A stretch of 64,000 nt of DNA, taken from the NCBI GenBank assembly GCA_964562225.1, contig CAZLSU010000001.1, forward strand, positions 1,412-65,411, written 5' to 3'. This DNA is from an uncultured Sphingobium sp. GTDB lineage: Bacteria; Pseudomonadota; Alphaproteobacteria; Sphingomonadales; Sphingomonadaceae. The notes below the pieces were generated by a model, which was given only the letters and a program-made list of their open reading frames with translations, did no database searches and was not told where the DNA came from. The translations under genes and the position numbers were made by a program. Of the stretch, positions 1 through 9,082 are shown one piece after another. Within the stretch, counting starts at the first letter, position 1, and each line of letters opens with the position of its first letter.

Positions 1-853
1 TGAGGAGAAAAGCCTCGGCACGCTCGCCCGCGACGCGACGACCAGGCATGCGCTTGATCTCGCGCAGCACGGTGCCGACCTCGGGCGAGATCATCACCTG
101 GATGATGCCGTCCGGCGTCAGCAGGTCGTATCGCTCACGCACCTGAATGGACTTGTCGAATGCTTCGAGCCAGTCGGCAGGCGCGCCCTCGAACCACGGC
201 TCGACCTCGACGAGCCCCAGTCCTTTTGAACGGCGGAGCGCCATCTGCAGTCGATCCGGGGTGAGCACCACAGTCCGGTAAAGGAAGTCGTCGAGCGAGG
301 CGCCAGCCGCAACCGCCAACCGCCGCATTTCGCCCCAGGCCCGACGCTGGTCGGCTTCGTTGCGTTCCATTTCCGGACGGCCCGCGAACTGCCGAATGCG
401 TTCGATCAGGATCCAGACGCTCGGAGCTATGAGCAGCGAAACGCCATCAACTTCGAGCACACCACCCTTTAGCCTGGCACCAGAGATCGATCGACGTTCG
501 ACATCGAACCAACCGTCGATTGCGACCGAGAAATCGCGGTCGGTCAGTGAGTTCCGGCTGACGATCTTGGGCACCGCCATGGTGGACGGAGGGAGATCGA
601 GTATCGCAAGCTCCGCAGCAGCCTCCTCGTCCTCCAACAGCACGAAAAGCTGGGACCAGTTCAAGCGGTGACCATCGTCAACCCGCTCGCCCAGCCCCTC
701 ATCGGCCAACTGGTCGAGAAGCGCCGTTGCCGCCTTCGACTTAGGGGTCGGCTCGCTAGCGCCCGGCAGGAGAATGCCGTCATTCTCTATGACAGGCGAT
801 GGCGCGGCCACTTGACGAACGTCCGGCTTGGCCGCCTTCCTACCCCAGATCAT
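1..853 (-). CDS. zorD: Zorya type I ZorD (SNF2-type helicase/nuclease), N-terminal part; runs off the window edge
   Basis: Not in the ORF track because its stop lies outside the window. Manual translation from ATG 853 (ATGA overlap with the zorC stop) is open to base 1: MIWGRKAAKP...WGEMRRLAVAAGASLDDFLYRTVVLTPDRL...LREIKRMPGRRV. Fourth gene of zorABC. Helicase motifs are not visible here, so the call rests mainly on synteny. Confidence 0.8.
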   Translation of the reverse strand, partial: MIWGRKAAKPDVRQVAAPSPVIENDGILLPGASEPTPKSKAATALLDQLADEGLGERVDDGHRLNWSQLFVLLEDEEAAAELAILDLPPSTMAVPKIVSRNSLTDRDFSVAIDGWFDVERRSISGARLKGGVLEVDGVSLLIAPSVWILIERIRQFAGRPEMERNEADQRRAWGEMRRLAVAAGASLDDFLYRTVVLTPDRLQMALRRSKGLGLVEVEPWFEGAPADWLEAFDKSIQVRERYDLLTPDGIIQVMISPEVGTVLREIKRMPGRRVAGERAEAFLL

Positions 854-2532
854 GAGCGCAGATACCAAGCACCGCGGCGCTCCGCCCAGGCGAAGTTCCT
901 ACGGGTGAGTTCGTTCGCCGCAGGGCCGGAATGCGGCGCATACGCCCAGAGCGAACCTCCCTTATCCCGCGAATCCGCCGTCTTGATCCCATGCTTGGCA
1001 AGGAAGGCGAATAGCTCGACATCCCTGCCCATGCTCGGAGATGCCGGTGACGGCTTGGAGGACATGGCGGTGGACTGCGACGGTACGGACGGACGTACGC
1101 CATAAGACGGCGCCGTGTAACTGACCTGGGGACCGCCTCTTGCGGATGAGAGGGACACAATGAGACGGTCCGCCTTACGTTCCCACCGCTCGCCCACGAC
1201 ATCCTTGTGGATGATGCGCGCGACATTGCTCGGGTGCTTGAGCGCGGTCTTATTGCCCGCCACTTGCAACTTCGAGAGGTCGAACGGCAGCCTCGCCGCA
1301 TCGAAGGCGAACATGGCATTGCCCTCCTCTCCGAACTCCACATAGATGTAACCAGCGATACGCATAATGAAGGCGTTGTTGCTCGATACGCCCCCGCTCG
1401 TCAGGCTCAGCATACGCCCCTTCATCATCTGCCGCAGGGTCTTGAAGCTCGGACGCGGATCGCGATAGGCGGAGTCCCCCAACGCGAAGTGCATATCGCT
1501 GATCTGGTCGACGTGACGCTTCCAGAAGTTAATGCGTCGCTGGTCGTTGATTCCGTCGGCCGAGAGCAGGTTGAAAAAGTCCTCGATCAGCCGGAGCTTG
1601 TGCCAGGAAGACACCATCCTCCGCGTGTCCGGACGGACCAGCGTCCAGAGCGTGTCGTTCCGTTCGAGCCATGGGTTGCCCCACCGACCGACGGAGGTCT
1701 CGCAAAGCGCCGGATCGACCTCAATCAATGTGCATTCGGAATACCGGTCGAGAACGCGGGACAGACCCTGATCAGCGAGCACATCATGCTCTTCTATCAA
1801 GCAAATTACGCGCGGGAGAACATCACGGAACTTCCGGTCGTCGAACCTCACCGCGGCCTCGATCTGTGCCTCGAATATCCGCTGACCGATCCAGGATGTG
1901 TCGCCGGCGGAGAGATCGCGGCGTAGGACTTCGAGGGGATCCCCCTCTCCGGTCAGTAACTCCGCGCCGTAACGGGTACACGGGTCTTCGGTCAGAAGGT
2001 TAGCATGGTCGTCGATCGCAGCGAGCCAGTCAGGCGCCTGTCCGGAGCGCTCGAGCTGCGGAAGGTTGTCGTTCAGATATTCCCTAAGAACCCGCCAGTT
2101 CCGATCACCAGCACCGCGAGCGGTGCCAAGGTCGTAGTTCACGTAACCGTCTAGCAGCCCCCGCCAGCAGCGCCTGTATGGACGTGGCATCGATCGGAAT
2201 GCATCTATCTCGCTCAAGAGCGGATCGAAACGTTCACCGTCCTCTATTAACGCTGGCTGGCCTATGGACCGGAGGCGGGTGCCCCAGCTCACCAGGCGTG
2301 CAGACCGAACATCATGGAGCTTACCCGTCTCCCGGAACCTCAAGATCTCCGATTGAATTCGGTCGTTCGATGCACCGGCTCCCGCGCCCGCCCCGCTGAG
2401 CATCGCCTGAAGCGACACCACATGTCCCTTCAAAACCCGAAGGTCTGGATCCGGCATATCGCGGAGCACCGCGGCGCCGACATCGGCCAACCGCTGCTGC
2501 AGTTTCGTCATCCTCGGGCTCAGAGGGCGCAT
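850..2532 (-). CDS. zorC: Zorya ZorC, EH-signature domain protein
   Basis: 560 aa directly after zorB. WGNPW, RINFWKR, NAFIMRI-YVEFGEEGNAMF and a downstream H...WE fit the EH-signature family. Alternative start at 2511. Confidence 0.85.
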   Translation of the reverse strand: MRPLSPRMTKLQQRLADVGAAVLRDMPDPDLRVLKGHVVSLQAMLSGAGAGAGASNDRIQSEILRFRETGKLHDVRSARLVSWGTRLRSIGQPALIEDGERFDPLLSEIDAFRSMPRPYRRCWRGLLDGYVNYDLGTARGAGDRNWRVLREYLNDNLPQLERSGQAPDWLAAIDDHANLLTEDPCTRYGAELLTGEGDPLEVLRRDLSAGDTSWIGQRIFEAQIEAAVRFDDRKFRDVLPRVICLIEEHDVLADQGLSRVLDRYSECTLIEVDPALCETSVGRWGNPWLERNDTLWTLVRPDTRRMVSSWHKLRLIEDFFNLLSADGINDQRRINFWKRHVDQISDMHFALGDSAYRDPRPSFKTLRQMMKGRMLSLTSGGVSSNNAFIMRIAGYIYVEFGEEGNAMFAFDAARLPFDLSKLQVAGNKTALKHPSNVARIIHKDVVGERWERKADRLIVSLSSARGGPQVSYTAPSYGVRPSVPSQSTAMSSKPSPASPSMGRDVELFAFLAKHGIKTADSRDKGGSLWAYAPHSGPAANELTRRNFAWAERRGAWYLRS

Positions 2533-3230
2533 GTGCCGAATTCGCCCTCAAACGCGTTAACGGGTGCGGCCGCCGGTTCATCCACCCCAAAGAATTCCAA
2601 GCGCAGTTCGATCCGTCGACTTGCATCGAGCGACGCCTTCGCGGAATTCGACGAGTACCCCCCGACGAGGAACAGCCGCCGTATCTCTTCCAGCTCGCGT
2701 CGATCCATGGGCCGTTCACCTGACTGCGGCTGCGCCATCAGCGCGCAGAGAACGCGCTGGCTTCGCTGGAGGCTGAGGTTCAGGTTGTAGAGATAGCTTC
2801 CCCTTCGGTCGGTGAAGCCCTCGACCACGATCCGCTTGAGCCACCGCTGCCCGCCCTTGTCGCGCGCGATGGCGAGGACTTCAGGGACGAACGACCGCAA
2901 CAACCGTTCCTGTTCCGGATTTAGGGCGTTACTCGCCGACTCAAAGCGCGCACGGTCCCCGAAGTCGATGACAGCACGGTTTCGATCGACGCGGATCCCC
3001 TGCTTCTTCCCCGCCTTGTCGATGCGGTCGAGGAGCTTGACGATCTCCGCCTGCCTTTCAGCCTCAAGTTGCTCCCGCTCCGAGATCGTTCGCGTTACGG
3101 CGAGGAGCGCCACGCTCATGACGAGCAGGAAGAGCACCATCAAGGCGGTCATGAGATCGGCAAACGAAATCCAGAAGGGTTTCTCGCCCTCCTCGCGACC
3201 TCGATGCCCCATAGTAACGCGCTGGAACAT
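2520..3230 (-). CDS. zorB: Zorya ZorB, MotB/OmpA-like peptidoglycan-binding protein
   Basis: PFWISFADLMTALMVLFLL single TM with the conserved stator Asp; OmpA-like VEGFTD...YNLNLSLQRS...SRRIELRL. Confidence 0.92.
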   Translation of the reverse strand: MFQRVTMGHRGREEGEKPFWISFADLMTALMVLFLLVMSVALLAVTRTISEREQLEAERQAEIVKLLDRIDKAGKKQGIRVDRNRAVIDFGDRARFESASNALNPEQERLLRSFVPEVLAIARDKGGQRWLKRIVVEGFTDRRGSYLYNLNLSLQRSQRVLCALMAQPQSGERPMDRRELEEIRRLFLVGGYSSNSAKASLDASRRIELRLEFFGVDEPAAAPVNAFEGEFGTCAL

Positions 3231-3235
3231 TCAGA

Positions 3236-5209
3236 TTACGCCGCCTGCCGACCGGTAGAAGGGAGGGAGGCCTCTAGCTCCTGGATCGCCTCCTTGAGCA
3301 TACCGGTGGCCCGAGACAGTTGGGTGTGGAACTCGCGGTTGGCCTCAATAACCGTGCCTCGCATACCTTCTGAGAACTTCTCGTGCGACTGACCGATCAC
3401 TTCTGCAACTTCGTCGAGGAAGCCGTCAGCCTCGGTCTGCGCCGCGACCAGCTTCTGTGTCGCGCCCTCGATCCGATTGAGAACGTCCGCCGTGAGGCTT
3501 GCCTCGCGTGAGGCATTCTCAACGGTGGCGCGAAGATCCTGGACCATGGTGGTGACGGCGTCGCGCGCCGACCGGTAGTCGGAAACGACGGAATCGAGGC
3601 TCCTGGCTGCCCCGGCGACACTGCCGGCCGCTTCCGCGAGTCCTGTTGTGACGTTCGCTATCCGGTCGAACCCTCCGACGACATCGCGCCCCGAGTTCTC
3701 GAGTTTGTTGGCAGCGGCGAGCAAGGTATCGGCCCCACCGTTAAGCCGGACGAACGCATCCCGCGTCGCGGTCTGGACGCCAGCCGTCATCTCCCGGACC
3801 GCCTCGACTAGACCGTCCACGTTGGAGGAGATCGCGCCAACGGATTCCCGCATCTGTCCGACATGGCCAGCCGCCGCTTCGGCCCGTTTGCCGTCCTCTT
3901 CCGCTTGAAGCCTTGAGCGTTCGGCAGCTTGCCTTTCGATCGCAGAAATCGCCTGCGCCATCCCTTCGCCAAGAGAGGTCAGCATGCTCTGCAAGCGGGT
4001 CTGAGTCGCCTCCTGCATCTCGCTCGTGGAAGATCGGATCTCGTCGATCACGGTGCGGAGCTCCTCCGACATCGCTGCCTGCTTGGCTTCCACTGCCTGA
4101 ACGACCTCGAGGAGCTTCGTCGACATCGTGTCAGAAGCCCGCGTTCCGGCCGCCTCAACATTGTCGGTCAGGTCCTGCAGCTTCGAGACAGCGGTCTGCA
4201 TCGCGTCGATCGTGCGCTGCTGCATATCGCCAATGCCGGAGAGTTGCGTGCCAAACATGTTCTCTAGGCGGTCGCTAAAGCTCGCGAGGACGTCAGTGAG
4301 CAGTTTCGTCACCGCGGACGACTGATCCTGGCTGACCTGGCCGACTGCGCCAGCGATTTGGTCCAGCGGCCCCTTGAGAGCGTCGGTCAGGGCGCCCGCG
4401 ATGGTGGTACCCAAGTCGTTAGAACGTTGCACCGTCGCGCTGATCTGCTGGTCCGAGAGTTCCGTGAGGATCTCCCTCAGATCGGCGACGAGCGCGTCCT
4501 TCAGGATCTTGGTCTGGCTGGCCGAGTCTTCCGAGGAGCTCACTAGGCGAGCCAGATACTCCTCGCCCGCGCCTGCCTCGTAGGTTGCATCAATCTCATG
4601 TGCGAGCTGCGTCACCTTGCGGTAGAGACTGTTGAGCAGATACTTCTCCACAACAGTGGTCAGCATCGCCAAAAAAATTGCGAATGCGGAGACGAAGAAT
4701 GCCTCGCTGACTCCGTGGAGGAGATTGGTGAGACTGTCCCGAACAACACCGGAATCGTCCGAAATTCTGAATGCGCGGAGACCAGATAAAAGTCCCGTGA
4801 ATGTGCCGATAATGCCAATGCCAGTGAAAATGCCGGGGAGATGCTTGAAAAATTCTGAGTGTACTCGGCCATCGACGACGGAATGGGGCGACAGGAACAT
4901 TTCCGCAGAAACGGTCGACCTGATAGCGCTTTCGACCATTTCCCCCGATTGAACGTCGAGAACTTTCTGGACGTGGAGCGTCTCGTGATACTCGTTCCAG
5001 AGGGCTGCCATCTTAGCATCGGGCTCAAAACATTTCGACAGCTCCCGAGACTTGCGAGCCCTTTCGGTCTCAACGTTCTGAAGGATCGCTTTCAGCTTCC
5101 CATTGAGTTCCCATGCCGGCTTCAGGAAGTAGGCAACGAAGGCAACCACAAATGCTAAGAGAAACAGCGCTACAATTACCGGCACTACCGGAATTCCGAA
5201 CAACACCAT
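3236..5209 (-). CDS. zorA: Zorya ZorA, MotA-like membrane protein with long helical tail
   Basis: N-terminal TM, MotA/ExbB-like LPGIFTGIGIIGTFTGLLSGL and AFFVSAFAIFLAML helices, then ~450 aa of Ala/Gln/Glu-rich helical tail; upstream of zorB. Confidence 0.9.
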   Translation of the reverse strand: MVLFGIPVVPVIVALFLLAFVVAFVAYFLKPAWELNGKLKAILQNVETERARKSRELSKCFEPDAKMAALWNEYHETLHVQKVLDVQSGEMVESAIRSTVSAEMFLSPHSVVDGRVHSEFFKHLPGIFTGIGIIGTFTGLLSGLRAFRISDDSGVVRDSLTNLLHGVSEAFFVSAFAIFLAMLTTVVEKYLLNSLYRKVTQLAHEIDATYEAGAGEEYLARLVSSSEDSASQTKILKDALVADLREILTELSDQQISATVQRSNDLGTTIAGALTDALKGPLDQIAGAVGQVSQDQSSAVTKLLTDVLASFSDRLENMFGTQLSGIGDMQQRTIDAMQTAVSKLQDLTDNVEAAGTRASDTMSTKLLEVVQAVEAKQAAMSEELRTVIDEIRSSTSEMQEATQTRLQSMLTSLGEGMAQAISAIERQAAERSRLQAEEDGKRAEAAAGHVGQMRESVGAISSNVDGLVEAVREMTAGVQTATRDAFVRLNGGADTLLAAANKLENSGRDVVGGFDRIANVTTGLAEAAGSVAGAARSLDSVVSDYRSARDAVTTMVQDLRATVENASREASLTADVLNRIEGATQKLVAAQTEADGFLDEVAEVIGQSHEKFSEGMRGTVIEANREFHTQLSRATGMLKEAIQELEASLPSTGRQAA

Positions 5210-5411
5210 TTCCTCAATTCCCCCTGTCGACGAGTTCCGTCCGCGAATCCCCAGCGAGGACGGATCGACGCTTTATGCTGCTATATTCGCAACTATTTTG
5301 CTACGGTTAACATCGATCGAGTTCGATTAGCCTAACAGTTCCGGGTCACAGTAAGCCTCTGGCAATCCCGATAACTTTGGGACATTATCTTCAGCTTGGG
5401 GGGTGAGATTG
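5210..5411. promoter_or_regulatory. Divergent intergenic control region shared by the Zorya and Shango operons
   Basis: ~200 bp, more AT-rich than the flanks, between oppositely oriented start codons. Exact promoter boxes not assigned. Confidence 0.5.
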
Positions 5412-7802
5412 ATGGCCCAGTCAGAAGGATGGCTCTCAAGAGTCGCGCGCCGATTCGGCGAGATGATGTCTGGCGCCCAGGTTTCAGGCACTGATGGACA
5501 GCCCGCGCTCCGTCGCCCTGCGGAGGCACCTGTAGCTAATCCATTGCCGTCCTCTTCGCCTTCGCGCCTCGATAAAGCGCCATCCGACATCAGCCTGAAC
5601 GCCAATGGCCGATACCTCTATGGCGGATATTCATTCTCGACCCTCGAGCAGGCATCGGACTATGCCACGCAGATGACGAAGCCTGCGGCACCGGCGGCGG
5701 TCCCGCCGTCGGCTCGTCCCCCAGCGCCAGCCCCTTCCACGTCAAAAGGATCCAGCGCTCCAGCCCGTTGGCTCGGCAAGTCTACTGCAGTCCAACTAGG
5801 AACGCGAACCGTCACTCTCGAAATGGTCTACTATGGCACTCCTGCCCGGCACGACCCTGCTCATGACAAGAGCCGGATTGATCCCATGCTTCCGCTCGAT
5901 CACCGGGGCGACCGCTCGGGCGACACTCTCACATACTGGCAGAGCTACGACCGCCTAGACCCGCGGGCACGCTGGACCTACCTGGACTGGCTGGAGGGTG
6001 GCCGGACGGATCCCACCATCCCGATCGGCTACGTGTTCGTGTTCTTCTACGGCCTCGAGCAGCGCCTGCTGGTCGATGATGCCAAGGACGAGGCCCCCGC
6101 GATCTTTGCGGAACTCCGACGTCTCCTCGCCATCCACGGAGAGAACTACTCCTTCGCTGCCTATGCCTCGAAGCTGCTCGCGCTCTCCTGCCTGTACGGC
6201 GAAGGCAGCGACGAACCAGTAGCGCTAGCGCCGCCCCACAACTACGAGATGGAGCTGCCGCTCAATGTGCGCGTGCGGCTAGGCACCCGCATCGAGCGCA
6301 ATGAGCCGTTCGATGCAGACGACTGTCTTCTATGGGTGCTGTCATTGCCGGACGTCTATCTCCGCACACCGGGTCAACGTTGCTTCGAGGAACTGCTCGA
6401 CCTCTGGCGCGTCCGCTTCGCCGTCCGGAACCCGGAAGGCCTCCGGGTCCGGCGGCCGAGGTCCAAGATCCGGTCTCAGTATCAGGCGGCTAGCAACACG
6501 TTCTTTCGCTCAATTGAAATTGATCTTCCTGACATTTCTGGGACGCAGGCCCCGCTCACTGGCCTCCGCACGATCCTGGACGGCTGCATGGAGGATCTTT
6601 CGACCTACAGCCGGCTTCTGGGTCGCGATCCAGAGGCTCGCGGAAAGCTGCGCGGTGACCTCCTGCTGCCGCTGGAATTGCGACGGGGACGGGCTTCCTT
6701 CGCCGAATGCCGGAGCGCTCTTGATCGCTTGACGGTTGGCGGGCTCGCGACAGTCGTCGACGTGGCACGCGCGCTCGGTCTAAATCTAGAGGGAGGCACC
6801 GAGAAGCTCCCGGCGGCCACTGTCCGACAGATGGGTCTCGCGCTCGACGCGCTCGATCTGGGGTTCGAGCCCGATCGTCGCTACGGGCCGGCTGCCGCGC
6901 TGAGGGCAGATGGGCGCCTCGCCATGTTCCCGGCGATTCTCGGTGGGCCAGTCGATCCGGACCGCGCGGTCTACGCGGCTGCCCGAGGCATGGTTGAGGT
7001 TGCGATGCTGGCCGCTGTCTCAGACGGGACTGTCGCCTCTTCAGAGATGGACGCTATCGAGCGCCGTCTGCGGTCGATCTCCGAGCTCAAGGAAGAAGAG
7101 ATCACCCGGCTACTCGCGTGCGGAAGCGCCCTTGCCGCGGATCCACCGAAGGTAAGGCTGGCGCTCAAGAAGCTTGCGGACGTTGCACCGGAGAGCAGGG
7201 AGGCGCTCGCGGCCTTCGCAGTTGAGGCGGTGCTGGCGGACGGCCGCGTCCTGCCCGACGAGGTGAGGTTCCTTGAAGCGCTCCACGCTGCCCTCGGCCT
7301 CCCTGCGAGCGCGCTCTATTCGGCCCTGCATCGCAGCGGCGAGGATGCCGGACCGGTGGAGGTGGTATCGGCCACCGACGAGCGAATTGTGCTGCTGCCT
7401 GATGAACCGAAACGGTCGGGCGTTTCGATCGACACGGCGAGGCTCGAGAGAATCCGCGGCGAGACGACAAAGGTATCTGCGATGCTCGCGGCTATCTTCG
7501 TCGAGGAGGAACCCGAACCGGCTCCTGCCCCGCCGCCCAAGGCGAGCGTTTCGGCATCGGCCTTCGCTGGCCTCGACGTCCCTCATTCCGAGCTTCTCGT
7601 CCGCCTTTTGGCCGGACCGTTGGCTCGGACCGATTTCGACGCGCTTGCTGCCGAACTGCGCCTGATGCCAGACGGAGCCATCGAGACCTTGAACGAATGG
7701 GGCTTCGACACTCTTGGCGAGCCCATCGTGGAAGATGAAGACGACGTGCGTGTCTCCGCCGACGTGATTGACCAACTTGAACCAATGGGAGTTGCCGCTT
7801 GA
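5412..7802 (+). CDS. sngA: Shango SngA-like TerB-N/TerB/TerB-C domain protein
   Basis: YWQSYDRLDPRARWTYLDWLEGGR...PIGYVFVFFYGLEQR (TerB-N), AVSDGTV and VLADGRVLPDE (TerB), C-terminal MPDGAIETLNEWGFD (TerB-C); coupled to ATPase and helicase genes. Confidence 0.82.
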   Translation: MAQSEGWLSRVARRFGEMMSGAQVSGTDGQPALRRPAEAPVANPLPSSSPSRLDKAPSDISLNANGRYLYGGYSFSTLEQASDYATQMTKPAAPAAVPPSARPPAPAPSTSKGSSAPARWLGKSTAVQLGTRTVTLEMVYYGTPARHDPAHDKSRIDPMLPLDHRGDRSGDTLTYWQSYDRLDPRARWTYLDWLEGGRTDPTIPIGYVFVFFYGLEQRLLVDDAKDEAPAIFAELRRLLAIHGENYSFAAYASKLLALSCLYGEGSDEPVALAPPHNYEMELPLNVRVRLGTRIERNEPFDADDCLLWVLSLPDVYLRTPGQRCFEELLDLWRVRFAVRNPEGLRVRRPRSKIRSQYQAASNTFFRSIEIDLPDISGTQAPLTGLRTILDGCMEDLSTYSRLLGRDPEARGKLRGDLLLPLELRRGRASFAECRSALDRLTVGGLATVVDVARALGLNLEGGTEKLPAATVRQMGLALDALDLGFEPDRRYGPAAALRADGRLAMFPAILGGPVDPDRAVYAAARGMVEVAMLAAVSDGTVASSEMDAIERRLRSISELKEEEITRLLACGSALAADPPKVRLALKKLADVAPESREALAAFAVEAVLADGRVLPDEVRFLEALHAALGLPASALYSALHRSGEDAGPVEVVSATDERIVLLPDEPKRSGVSIDTARLERIRGETTKVSAMLAAIFVEEEPEPAPAPPPKASVSASAFAGLDVPHSELLVRLLAGPLARTDFDALAAELRLMPDGAIETLNEWGFDTLGEPIVEDEDDVRVSADVIDQLEPMGVAA

Positions 7803-9082
7803 GCACAATCCGACGCAAGGACCGGGATATCATCGTTCAGGCCCTTTCCGCCGGCGTCGTTCCGCGGGTGGGCCTCCAGCATATCCAGGTCGGACGCTCT
7901 CAGGAGGTCGGCTCGCTTGTCCGCGACATCGATCGCATCGCGGATGCCGGATCGGCCGTCCGCTTCGTCATAGGGGAGTATGGAGCGGGCAAGACCTTCT
8001 TCCTGAACCTCGTGCGCCTCATCGCCCTCGAACGGAAATGCGTCACGGTCCATGCCGATCTCGCTCCCGACCGTAGGCTTCACGCGACTGGGGGGCAGGC
8101 CCGCGGCCTCTACGCCGAGGCCGTCCGAAACATGGCCACGCGCACGAAGCCGGAAGGCGGCGCCCTTCCCAGCATTGTCGAGCGCTTTGTGACGGAATGC
8201 GTCCGGGAAGCCGAAGACGGCGGCTCACCCGTCGAGCGCGTAATAGACCGGCGCCTCGCTCCGCTGTTGGAGATGCTGGGCGGCCATGACTTTTCCACGG
8301 TGCTCAAGACATACTGGCGCGCCCATGAAGATGGCGACGACGGTCTGAAGGCGGCTGCGCTGCGCTGGCTCAGGGCGGAATATCCCACCAAGACGGAGGC
8401 GCGGCAAGCTCTCCCCGTCCGTAGCATCATAGACGACGCGGACGTTTACGACACATTCAAGCTACTTTCCGCGTTCGTTCGCATCGCGGGCTATTCCGGC
8501 CTCCTCGTGGTCTTCGACGAGATGGTGAACCTCTACAAGCTGCAGAGCTCCCAGGCGCGCAACCAGAACTACGAGCAGCTTCTCAAGATGCTCAACGACG
8601 TACTTCAGGGCAACGTCGAGGGGCTCGGCTTTGTGTTCGGCGGAACGCCGGAATTCCTGCTCGACAGCCGACGCGGCCTTTACAGCTACAAGGCACTCCA
8701 GTCGCGGCTGGAAGAGAACAGCTTCGCCACCGAGGGCAGGATCGACCTCAGCGGCCCAGTGATACGGCTCCAGAGCCTGTCACCGGAGGATCTCCTCGTG
8801 CTGCTGGGGAACATAAGGTCGGTCTTCGCACTCGGAGATCCGTCGGCGTTCCTCGTGCCCGACGAGGCGAAGACAGCGTTCATGGAACACTGCAACAAGC
8901 GGATTGGCGAAGCTTACTTCCGCACGCCCCGCAACACGATCAAGGCCTTCGTCCAGTTTCTGTCCGTCCTGGAGCAGAACCCCGACACGCATTGGCATGA
9001 GTTGATCGGGGCTGTTTCACCAGACAAGGAGGAACCCGAAGAGCCAGAGGCGGACGACGAACTTGTCGACCTCCGCATCTGA
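7799..9082 (+). CDS. sngB: Shango SngB-like P-loop ATPase (DUF2791/BrxD-like)
   Basis: ALSAGVVPRVGL N-terminus, Walker A GEYGAGKT, Walker B LLVVFDE; overlaps the sngA stop. Confidence 0.85.
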   Translation: MSTIRRKDRDIIVQALSAGVVPRVGLQHIQVGRSQEVGSLVRDIDRIADAGSAVRFVIGEYGAGKTFFLNLVRLIALERKCVTVHADLAPDRRLHATGGQARGLYAEAVRNMATRTKPEGGALPSIVERFVTECVREAEDGGSPVERVIDRRLAPLLEMLGGHDFSTVLKTYWRAHEDGDDGLKAAALRWLRAEYPTKTEARQALPVRSIIDDADVYDTFKLLSAFVRIAGYSGLLVVFDEMVNLYKLQSSQARNQNYEQLLKMLNDVLQGNVEGLGFVFGGTPEFLLDSRRGLYSYKALQSRLEENSFATEGRIDLSGPVIRLQSLSPEDLLVLLGNIRSVFALGDPSAFLVPDEAKTAFMEHCNKRIGEAYFRTPRNTIKAFVQFLSVLEQNPDTHWHELIGAVSPDKEEPEEPEADDELVDLRI

